64,000 nucleotides of DNA, taken from positions 51,652,862-51,716,861 of the forward strand of contig CM074511.1 in assembly GCA_037379345.1 (NCBI GenBank). Reading direction: 5' to 3'. Shown one piece after another: positions 39,501 to 50,692 of this stretch. The translations under genes and the position numbers were made by a program. Position 1 is the first letter of the stretch. Every line of letters begins with the position of its first letter. The notes beneath the pieces were generated by a model. It saw nothing but the letters and a program-made list of their open reading frames with translations. It searched no databases and was not told the origin of the DNA. This DNA is from Perna viridis (taxonomy: Eukaryota).

Positions 39501-42500
39501 TTTATCTATGTTTTAATTTAGGCATAAATCAAATTTATATATTATTTAAAAGGTGACATCAGCTGGCACTAAAAAGAGGAAATATGTTCATGAAGATTTA
39601 TGTGGATTTTTTTACATATTTTCCCCTGGAGCAAAAATCTGAAAAATGAAGTTTCTGTTTACTCAGTAATGATTAAAAAAATATTTGATATAAATATGTA
39701 CTGTATTTTGTAGAATTTTAAAACTTGAAGGATTTATTTGGGAAGACTTTCCTTGGTATCTTGAATATATAGCCTGTAATTACCTGGTACAATGCACTTA
39801 CAAAATATTATTTGGAGGAATTGATATTCATATTGCATTTTTTTTAACTGGGCATTTATCATATGATGTTTGTAAATTTTATTAAATAATTTTGCATGTT
39901 TTACACTCACATTTCTGTCGAGTGGAAACAAAGAAGTTGGTCTAATAAGGCCCAAATTTGGCCTCATAATCAAAGTTTACTTGAAGAAAATTTAATGATA
40001 TTTCATATACGGTTAAATATGCCTTTCAAACTTGCCTGAAATTGGAAAAATCTGTTAAAAAGGCTGGAAAACACTAAGTTTTGTGCAGTATTATTTCATT
40101 CTTTTAGCAATGGCCATGTGCATGTTCATTCTCATGCTTGGTATATTTTGTGTATGATTGTTAATTACAACTCATGTGAAAATATCTTGAGTGAACAAAT
40201 GTATGGCCACTTCCGTTTCACACAAACAGCATCTTAAAAATTGCAGAAATCTTAAAAATTTAAGGTTTTTGTAAAAGTTACAAAAATGCATACTGTTATT
40301 TTGTGGAATAATGTTACAAATCTTGTCAAAAACAGCTTGTATTCAGTGTTTGCAACCATTTTACTGTACCAATACTTTCATGAAATCAGTTTTAATCAAA
40401 TTTTAAAAAAAAAGCACAAATTATGAGGCCAAATGGGGTCCTCTGACATCTGTGCAATAAAAGTCAGAATGAAGGTACATATGGAATGTATATTTTATTG
40501 TATTGTTTCTATAATGTGATTATATTATCTCTAATTATGATGTTTTAAATCAATGAATTGTTAAGATGTTTTTAATTGTGTTCAATTACATATGTTTTAA
40601 TGACTTGTTAGGGTTTACATATTACTTAATCTTTTATATGAAGAAATAACAAGAAGTATGATCTGAGATCTAAGGCTCGTTTTAAATCAAGCAGTTCAAA
40701 ACAAATGCTTATGAAGCATTATTTATATGTTTACATGTGTATGTTCGTTTACATCAATTGCAAAATTTAAAGAATAATTTCTTAAGTGTAAGTAAATGAT
40801 TGTATAGCTAGTGTAGGTGGATTCAATGCTTTTAAAATTCTAGATGAATATTGAAACCTTTTTGACTAATTTTAAAAATGATTATGCAATTCGTGCATGA
40901 GCCCTTTAATGTCTTTTATCACTTACTTAATCCCTGAACCACCTATTAATCAATAACTCTATGATATTGAATATGTTTAAATTGATTTCTATACTTTATT
41001 TTTATTGACTGATATTATAGAAATTTGGTTCAATCCTGAGTCATTTTAACATTTAAAAGTCTATACTTCCTTGAGTATAATGTATCCCATTAAGTTATCT
41101 GTCCCCACTGTCTAATACGGCTGTCTCTTTAATTTACAAAGTATTTATCCACTTTATAACATTCTACCCAATGAATTTTAACAAGACTAATCAGTCTAGC
41201 CAACAGACAAGTTACATGTGTATCAAAAGTAAGAAAATATAACGTGTGAAAGCCTGGGGACATTCTATCAGCTGTTTTCTATATCTCACCGATTTGTTTA
41301 TTGTCAGAGAATTTCTTTAGTTACCTGTTTACAGCCTTGATTACTATATATTATCTGATTATATTGATGTTTTAATTATAAAGTCAGTACTACATTTGGC
41401 AATTGTAATTCTTCTATTGAAATTCCACAATTGAAAATGTTTAATATTTGACCTTGATTCCCTTTTCTCAACATGTTCTCTTTTAATACAATGTAGGAAA
41501 ATTATAACTATTTCTGAAAAAAGTTTCAAAACTTTGAATGTTTTAACTTCTAGTGTGTCATGTTGGCTCATTTGAAAGCTGTTGTGTCTTCTTTACGTTT
41601 CGCTTGTTGTTTAGTTAGTTGTTATAATTTGGCAACTTCAGATATTTTAGGGAGAATAGCTTTTCTTTACTATAAGGATTAAGCTCAATATTTGTGTTTT
41701 CTATGAATACATAAAAGGTAGTATACATGTCAGATTTCAACCACTTTATACAGTCCAAATAGAGTTGGACAGTAACTTTTCATGTTTTCAGGTCTCTCAT
41801 TCCTGCTATAGATATTAGTTTAACATAACACAACACTTTGTTTATCAACATTATCTTAAAATCCAAACATTTTACCAACTAAATAATGGAACTGTTCAAA
41901 TGACATGATTTTTTACTTTTACATGTCCTCTTATGGAAAATGTCTACAATGGCATATCTAAAGACATAGTTTCAGATAATATACTTACAGTGCCAAGGTG
42001 TATTCAGATGTATACCAGAAAATGTGGACTTGTGTTTAGTCCCTCACTTTAATAAATGAAAAACTTCATTAATTGCATGTATCTCTCTGACTGCAAATCT
42101 ACTATTAATTGCAGAAGAGCAGTTAGTAATAAATAGGGACTCGTAGCAAGTCTACCGTAAGTTTAAAACTGTCCATGTATGGAAAACTAGTGTTTAGGGA
42201 GACAGATGTTGTTTCTTGTTGGTCAGTGTAAATTTCTCCTGTTCCTTTATAATAGTATTGTATATAAAGAAGAAACAAAGGGATGCTAGTTTCATGCCAT
42301 TTCTTTTTATTTATTCTTAATGATGTCTATTTTGTGGTTAATGTTCTACCTAACCCAATTTCTGCTGGCTGTCATTTTAAAGTTCTCGTGAACTAGTTTC
42401 TTCTAAACATCTTTAATTTTGTTCATGAGGAAAACCTGTTAAATAGTTAATGCTCAATTACAAACACTTCAGAAATGTTTACAGATATTTAATTAAACAC

Positions 42501-44248
42501 AAACAATTAGGGCATGGAATAAATAGGTCTTTGATTTTTATGATTAATTGAAGCATAAACCTTGAACTTAGTCAAAGACCAAACCCCAAGTTTTAATAAT
42601 CGTATTGAAGACCTTGAATACCATTTGTTGTTCAAATATTTTTGTATGACTCAATATGTATTTCTTTGGCACACACTCATTTTTATTGTGACATAATTGT
42701 GAGAACTCAATAAGAATACCAAAATAGATGCCGATTTAAAACTGTGTAGGAGTTTATTTTTGTTAAGCTAGTATTTTTTTCTAAGTATTTTAAATACATG
42801 TTCTTACAAAGGATAGTTTAGTCATTTAATGCTATTGTTAAGATAAGGGTTCTTGACCGTTTTCACACACCGACACGTTTTGATTTACAAAGAGGAGATA
42901 ATCCTTCCTGACAATCATTGCTGCAAAAACAAATTAGTGTCTTGCTATGACAAAGATCATGGAAATCAGATAAGGATTGTAATGGGGGAGCTTTAGTTTG
43001 GAGGTACATGTATACCTTAAATCTATATTGAAAAACCATTTACGTGGGTAATTTCTGATAAAATATGAATAGTTAAATGTTTATTATTTATATGAAAGTT
43101 CTAACGACTCCCCAATAAAATATCAATTTGCTTGTAAAAAAATTGACATGTTGCTTGCATTTATTAATCATAATCACTAGAAATATGATTCCTTATCAAT
43201 ATGTTCGTATTTTTGCAGTTAAAAAAGATATATAACATGAGCCGACCTAAGTCCATAACAGCAGTTTGTCAATTACAAAACATCATGTCAAATATATCGT
43301 CACGATTAAATTTGATTTTTATCTTGTTTTACATGTATGAAACATTTGCTCTTTGCTGGTAGTAGACGATCTTGAAGTAATCAATATACATGTATAAGTG
43401 TTTTGATTTTGTTTGAAGTGTTTCCTTGGGAACGAAATGTTACTATGTTACTGAGGGTGACGAAGCTATAATTTGGTTTAACAAGTGATTTCAACATCGA
43501 TTAATATGCTAATGAAACATACGGATTCTTGAGAAGTGCGAATACTGACCGTATTTTATAATGATAGTAAGGTGATAATGCGATAATAAAAGCTCTTAAT
43601 TATTCATCTGTAACATACGTGTCTTTAATTATCTTCGATGCCATGGAATTATATGTCAGCGTGGAAAAAATGATAACTTGTACTACAATCTCACAATTTC
43701 ATAAGCATGCAACAACCAACACTCTTGTTTTAAACAGTGAGAACAAACGTAAATTACCAGAACTTTGGATTTTCGTAACTCTCTTGTATGATCATTTTCC
43801 AATTACTTAAAAAGCACGATTACAAGAGAAAAAAAAAACAACACATTTTCATTTTTTTCTCTTCTGATTCTATCATAATTTTTATAGTTTTTTTTTTAAA
43901 GATTTGTTCCTATCATATCGATGATCTTTGTGACTCCTTGTTCATAGTCATACATGTTTTGTCGCATCATTTGTAATGGCATCATGTCCGATTATTTCGG
44001 GTATTTTTGCTAGTGAGTGCGGTTTTACTTCGGTTGCTTTGCTATGGCGTTACATAGTATGCTTGTTTGTAACATTGCAAAAACAATCACGATGGTCTGC
44101 TCACTTCAAGATAGTTGGAAGCCAATTTATAACGTGTTTAAAAGCACAGCATCCGTTCCTTTGTGTGCGTAAAATTTATTTTCATTTTATTTGTGATTTT
44201 AGTTGACAAGTCATCGATGTATATAGTGGATTAATCTATACCAACAAA

Positions 44249-44353
44249 TGACTTCCTGTCTTTCTGCTTCATTTGGTAAACGTGAGTCAATCGACTATTT
44301 AAACTCGTCCAACAGGTATGCTAATTACAATAGTACAGGTAAATCTTCAGGTA
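44249..44353 (+). promoter_or_regulatory. Putative core promoter of the CABIT gene
   Basis: ETS-type ACTTCCTGT 44251, AP-1 TGAGTCA 44283, TATA-like TATTTAAA 44296, three CAGGTA at 44313/44336/44348, about 50-150 nt before the ATG. Confidence 0.4.
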
Positions 44354-44403
44354 AACATAATAACATTTGGAATTGACATGTCTATAGTAGATACACACTG
44401 ATC

Positions 44404-46005
44404 ATGGCGAACGGGAGAGAAAAACAAGGTACCATAACCCCAGAGTGGAACGGCAATCAGACATTACTCAAAGACATATTAGTGAATTCACAAGTGCCCG
44501 TCGTTGCTAAGATAACCAAGGGACAATTTCATAATTTAGGAGTTTCTAAGATTCCATTACGGAAGCTGCATCAGGATGTGTTGATTCATTCCGTTAAGTC
44601 AGGAGTTAAGATTCTAGCACATAGTGTTCAAAGATTTGAAACCAAAGAAGGTTTGTGTCGAATAATACCACTGGACCAAAGGCTTTCTATACCAATAACA
44701 TATCAGGGCTGGTTTGAAGTTCTCTCGGAGGATGGCAGGGCCTCCAGACCAATAGATAGTGTTCAGCGACTAGCCAAAGAATTGCCAAACAAATGTCTTG
44801 TGCGACAAAATGTTAAAGGCTTTGTTGCTAACAGTGAGGGGAAATTGACTTACGACATTTCTAATGTGATCCCCGCTGGCGAAAAATTAATTCTGTCTGG
44901 AGAGATTAGCACAGTCACATCCTCAGGTGAGAGACTTAGATTCTTGAAATGTACAGATTCCAGAAACAATACATTGTTCCTAAGCTATGATCAAAATGGA
45001 CTGTTTACTCCAATAGCAGGACCAAAAGATGTTACCGGCGTATTCATGATTAAGGATATTTTAAGCCGTTTCCGTATGCCTTTAACGGTTAAACTTGTGC
45101 AAGGGGTCTGGCCAAATGTTGAAAAGAACCGCTTTACTGGAATGATAAGGTTCGATTGGGCATACACGGATGAGACTGCCTTTATTTGTCCTACCGATAA
45201 AGGTAATGTAAGAATTACCCCCGTGCCTTCAGAAATTCCGTTGAGGTTAGTGACAGCCAAAAACATGGCAGATATTAGTATGTCTGTTCCATACCAGGAC
45301 ATAATGCTTAAGTGCAACAAAATGGTAGCTAACTATTACAATACAATTCACCTTATAATCTCTGTCCCAGAATCTGTGATGAAAAATAGGACTCATTCAC
45401 TAGTCAATATATTTTCACCAAATAAACCAAAACCACCAGAAAATGAAAATAAGTTGAAACGAGCAAGCAGTCGAGAGGACATTCTGAACGACCAAGTTGA
45501 TGACCTCTACCAGTATCTCAGAGAAGGAAAAATGCCACCCAAAAGTAAATTCACGTACGAATCCGATGAAGAGAGTTTCTTCGAGGAGCCTGCTTACGAA
45601 CGGTTGGACGATTTTCGAGCTCGAATGGAAATGCTAGAGTTAGGAAAACATGATCTTAACAATGGTAAATATAGACTATCTAATGACACTGGTGCACCTA
45701 ATTATGTCAAAATAGAAACTAAGGGGCCTCATGTTAAAGATGTTGCACCCCCGGTGCCTCCTCCAAGGAAAATGAACCGGTCTGATTCCGTACCTTTATT
45801 AGATACTCACCCTACAGGATCTTCTAGTGGGTCAAGTTCTAAGGAAATGCATCGAGTTGTGAGTGATGCCACACTGATGCGAAAAAGAACACCAATGAAA
45901 CACAAGGATAATTACAAACCAAAACAACAACAAGAGGACAATCGAAGTATAAGAACTGGGTCTTCGGGGACCAGAAGACATTCGTTACATACATTGTATC
46001 TGTGA
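44404..46005 (+). CDS. Intronless CABIT-domain adaptor protein (GAREM/THEMIS/Serrano family), 533 aa
   Basis: 1602-nt ORF; N-terminal ~320 aa with CABIT-type motifs (W...LLKDIL..QVPVVAKI, LSIPITYQGWFEVL, FRMPLTVKLV); disordered tail with Tyr motifs (LYQYL, AYERL) and proline-rich PPVPPPRK; AATAAA at ~46267. Confidence 0.85.
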   Translation: MANGREKQGTITPEWNGNQTLLKDILVNSQVPVVAKITKGQFHNLGVSKIPLRKLHQDVLIHSVKSGVKILAHSVQRFETKEGLCRIIPLDQRLSIPITYQGWFEVLSEDGRASRPIDSVQRLAKELPNKCLVRQNVKGFVANSEGKLTYDISNVIPAGEKLILSGEISTVTSSGERLRFLKCTDSRNNTLFLSYDQNGLFTPIAGPKDVTGVFMIKDILSRFRMPLTVKLVQGVWPNVEKNRFTGMIRFDWAYTDETAFICPTDKGNVRITPVPSEIPLRLVTAKNMADISMSVPYQDIMLKCNKMVANYYNTIHLIISVPESVMKNRTHSLVNIFSPNKPKPPENENKLKRASSREDILNDQVDDLYQYLREGKMPPKSKFTYESDEESFFEEPAYERLDDFRARMEMLELGKHDLNNGKYRLSNDTGAPNYVKIETKGPHVKDVAPPVPPPRKMNRSDSVPLLDTHPTGSSSGSSSKEMHRVVSDATLMRKRTPMKHKDNYKPKQQQEDNRSIRTGSSGTRRHSLHTLYL

Positions 46006-49000
46006 TTCTTAAAATATGTTCTAGAAAAGTGCCAAATAATCATGGTCTTTATGACAGGTTATGGTGTGAGTGAACAGCATTTGTGTTTTGTGAATCCTAG
46101 TCATCTGTGTGAGAGAATTTTTCATGTATTCAAAAGTCGGCATATTTGTTCATTTAAAGGTATAATTTAACAGACTTCATGTTGTCAATTTATGATATTT
46201 TTACATTTTTTTTAAAAAGTAAAATGTCTAACATCTTAATGTTCTCAGGATTATGATAATGTCCTCAATAAAGGGGTCCAAAAGAGTGGGCTTTTCCGAA
46301 TATCTCCTAACATAAACCCCTCCTTTTTATAAACCTTTTCTCAATAATATCCTAGAAAATACGAAAAAAAAAGGTTGCAGGGGCTACGAAAATTACCACT
46401 ATATGTAATTATAGACTTATAAGACATTCATGTCTTTACCAAGAGGACAAAATGTCAGTTGATTTTCCTTGCTTCTGGTTTATGTTTGCATGCATCAATG
46501 TCTGGTGATATTGACCTAGTCAGCACATACCAAAACACATATCATGTTAAATATTGCTTTAAATTATTTATCAGCTGTAGTAACAGAAATAGTTCAAATG
46601 GAAAAAAAGACAACAAATACGACAGAGTTTAACCTAAATACGAAATAGTAATATTTTCAGAGATCATCAAAAGGTTTTCAATAAGTGCAAACACACCAAG
46701 TGTGTCCTAAGGCCGGTATATATTCGGTCAAACTATCTTCAAATACCTTTGTATTCATTGAAACCAACAGGATAATATTTTTACAAAGGATATATTTCAT
46801 AGCCTGCCAGGAGAGTAACTTGTCATAATAGATAATCGGTTTTAAAATGTTCATATTTTCCGCCAACATTTTAAGGTTACATGTACCGAGCCATCGAACT
46901 GTGAAAACGTCCAATTTTACGAACAATGTCTTGGTACTACATGCATGTTTCTTCTTCTTCTAAAACTTGTAATCTTAAACGAATTATTTCAAATCTGAAA
47001 ACAAATCCAATTTATTAATTTGGAAATCGAATACAAAGTCAAACCAGTCTACCATAGACAGTCTACAAGAAGTCTTAGACTTCTACAACACGTTCAGTGT
47101 CGTTACACATGGATACAATGTTTTCTTTTTCAGAAAGTCGGTGAATTCACGTCTGTTTACTTCCTCACCCTACTGACAAACATAGTATACAATTAAATAC
47201 CTGTTATGTAGAGTAAACCACAAATATATTTTGTTCATACTTTTTCATCATGACATAGGTCAAATGGGTTCATATTGATGTTATTAAATGATTTCTTTGT
47301 TTTATATTGGCTTGAAAACCAGTGGTTAAAACCCCGTTAGTTGAACACGCGAAGAACGGGAGGATTTTTGTTATGTTGTCTTTAGCTTTATCATTTCTGA
47401 AAATTCTCCTTGGAAATGAAACAACAGATCCAACCAAAATTATCACGGAGAGGCGCCACCAAGCATCTAGTGTTATGCGGAATTCGCACTAAACAGAAAG
47501 CGCTACTTTTTTGGAAGAAGGCACTTTACCTGAAATCTAATACATAAATATAAGAGAAAAGGCAACCATTTAACAACCTCCTAACACACAAGAAGAGGTG
47601 TATAAAAACACTCAAGTCCGTACGTTTGCCCAGGGACTTTCTAATATACACTCTCTGGTTTGCCTAGACATTTTACCATGTCCTAGCTGTATCGATGTGT
47701 GTAAAACGTGGTGCCCGTCCGTATGTCCACTAGGATTGGATAGTTTTTTTTTTAAAGATGCTTGTCCACGACATCAAGATAAAACTAATTACATGTATGA
47801 TAATATTTGTTCTTTTTTATACATAATCTTTGGATACCTTCTACCGAATTTCCTAAAATAAGGTCACGTCGCCGATTAATATGCAAGATCCTACGTGTAT
47901 TTGGAGCAAAATTACTAATGTTACCAGAGATTATGATAAAACCAAAATTTACTCCATAATAGTTACTTTAAATGGTATAATGACAATGCATGAAACAACT
48001 AACTTTGGTTTTGAATACACAGTATTCATTGTGGAATTACTGGGTTAAAATTATTTAAAACCGATTATTGGTCGCGTTAAGTGGATTTATACCATAAAAT
48101 AAGTACACGGACATATTGGAGTATTGATAAAACAGTATTGAATATCACAAACACGGATAAATCTTGTTCAGTATATAAAGAAAAGAATTTTTTACCGTTT
48201 ACAGATATAAAGGACCGAATATTCTCGCTTTGCTGCAACATTAATAAAGAGCTGCGCTTTAAGCGCATGATACCCCCGTTGCACTTTTAGCTTGTCCTCA
48301 TACTTTTAATAAATTTATGTAATCAACTAGAAATACTGTAAGCCCTGTCAAATACCCTCACCCCCCAAAAAATAAATAAAAAAAACGCACAAAAAATTTG
48401 GCACTATCAAGGCCACCTCAAGTTTAACAAAGTTTGTTGTCTTGATTTATCACCCATACATTTCTATCTTGTTTAAACACACTTTTCTGACACGGAAACA
48501 TAAAATTTGACATTTATACAAATCAGAAGGGAGCTTACTTCAATAGATATGAACAATTCCCCAGTTTCATAAAAGTTAGTGAAAGTGTTTTTGAGTAATT
48601 CTGCGAAAACTTGAAAATCACCCTTTTGTTAGTATAAAAATTCATAACACAGAAACGATAAATCTGAAAATTTTAAAAATCAAAAGGGAGCTTATGTCAA
48701 TAGATACAATAGCAAACTGATAAACCCATAACTATTTTCTGTCATATGCAACACTAAATACAGATTGTTTAAGTGAAATTGATAAAAAAAAAACAACCTT
48801 TATTGACAAAATGTGAAAAACAGCTGGTGTGCTAGCATTGAAAAGTGGGAAAATGGATAAAAGACTGTGGGATTGGGAAAAAGAAAAGACCAGGGCTAGA
48901 CAAACTGCAAAGAAGCTAGACAAATCTATCATGCATAAAAGATAAAAAAAAACCTGAATTTTTCCTAAGTATCCTCAAATAGAAAATATATTTTAGAAGC

Positions 49001-50394
49001 CATAGTTTTTTTTCAGAAATAATACAAGAAATAATAAATAATATATTTAATGAATAAATAACAAAATTACAATGTAATTACAGTCATGTTTGATATTGTT
49101 GATGTTAATCAGTGGAAATGCTCAAGAAATAAATTCATTTGGCAACGGAAAAACAACAATTGCTCTTCATACAAAATTAAATGAATGTTTTTTAAACTTT
49201 CAACCTCAAAAAGTATCATATCATAAACAAAAAAATAAAACATTTTTTTTTTAATTTTCAATTGACACAAAGTTACACTTTTATTGCTTAGGATATCACT
49301 TTACAAAAAAAATCATACAAGTTATTATGAGGGTTTCTTCTCCAATCTGTATAGATAATACATTTAGCAGAATTTATTTGCTGAATTATCCAAGGAGAGT
49401 TTCCAATAATGCTACTTGTAAAATTATAAATAGCTGTTCAAAATTTTCAAATATGTATTGGGCCTTAGGAAAGATGGATGCATAACATGAATTATAAATA
49501 AAAGTGATGTCAAAAATGTTTTTTTTAGAAAGCCGCATACATCCTCATATTGTAAGTATTCTTCATAACTGCATGAAGATCTACCATTAAAATATCTACA
49601 CAAAATCTCTAAGTACATTATTAGTTACGTCTAATTATTGACTTATCCTACACTCATACTTACCCTAAATTGTCCATTTACAAAAAATATATGTACCAAA
49701 TACAAATTGCTTTAAGCAAGCATCAAGTACTTCTTCATCAAATGGAAGATGTTACATACTAGAATGTGTCGGCACTCGTTACCCGTACATTAAGCAGAAG
49801 CAAAGTTGATTACCATTAAAAGCAAGATTTTTATTATGAATTTGACTTTTGCACAAAAATGAAATAAAAAGGTCAAAAATAAGTCTATTGACCAAGTCAT
49901 AGATAATGTTGCAAAAAAAGAACTGAGTGATAACAGAGTTAAAATAGACGATATACCAACAACCAATATCAGAAAATGTAAAGTAACTCAATTTTTAGTA
50001 CAAATAACTTATGTGCTTCATCAGGCTTCAGTGAAAGATATAAAAAGAGTCAAGTTCATAATTTGACAAAATTTATATAGTTATAATTCATGGACTTAAT
50101 TATGTTATTTTCAGTATAGAGTAAACCTATAAATTTGACTAAAAGGTTAATTCCCTAGATGTTTATAAAACATATTAAGTCACTGATAATGAAAAATAGA
50201 ACATTGATTGATCCAAATGAAACAAAGCTTTAACTATATATATTCAACACATGAACTATTTTTTTTTGCTTAAATAAATGCCCCTTTTTGACAAATAATC
50301 AAGGAACATAATATCACAAGTTTATTTGGAATAATGGCACAGTTCATTCTTTGTCATTTGATCATGTAAAATGAGGAATATAATTGTTTGAGAA

Positions 50395-50692
50395 TTAATC
50401 ATGTGACAGCTCTGTCAAATTATCATTATCACTATGTACAACAATAGAAGATTCAGATTTATTCTCTTCATTGATTATACCGCCCCCTTCTCCTGATACA
50501 GCTTCGTCCTCATTTTTTGCATGATTATTACTCTCCTCTGAACATTCATTTTCATTTTTGTCTGTCAATTCCTTTTCTTCTGACACTTGTTCACTATATT
50601 CAATAGCAAGTTTATCATCTAACTGATTAGCAGGTAATTGATCTACTGTAAGTTTATTTTCTGCTAAATATTTCCATTTCTTCAAGTTGGAC
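50395..50692 (-). CDS. PDE10A: PDE10A terminal exon (SNLKKWKYL + acidic tail, TAA)
   Basis: ttccag|; NxxxW end-of-domain motif; stop at 50397-50395. Confidence 0.9.

Noticed and set aside
44991-45320. 109-aa antisense ORF within the CABIT gene
   Set aside because: Shadow ORF of a coding region; no independent support.
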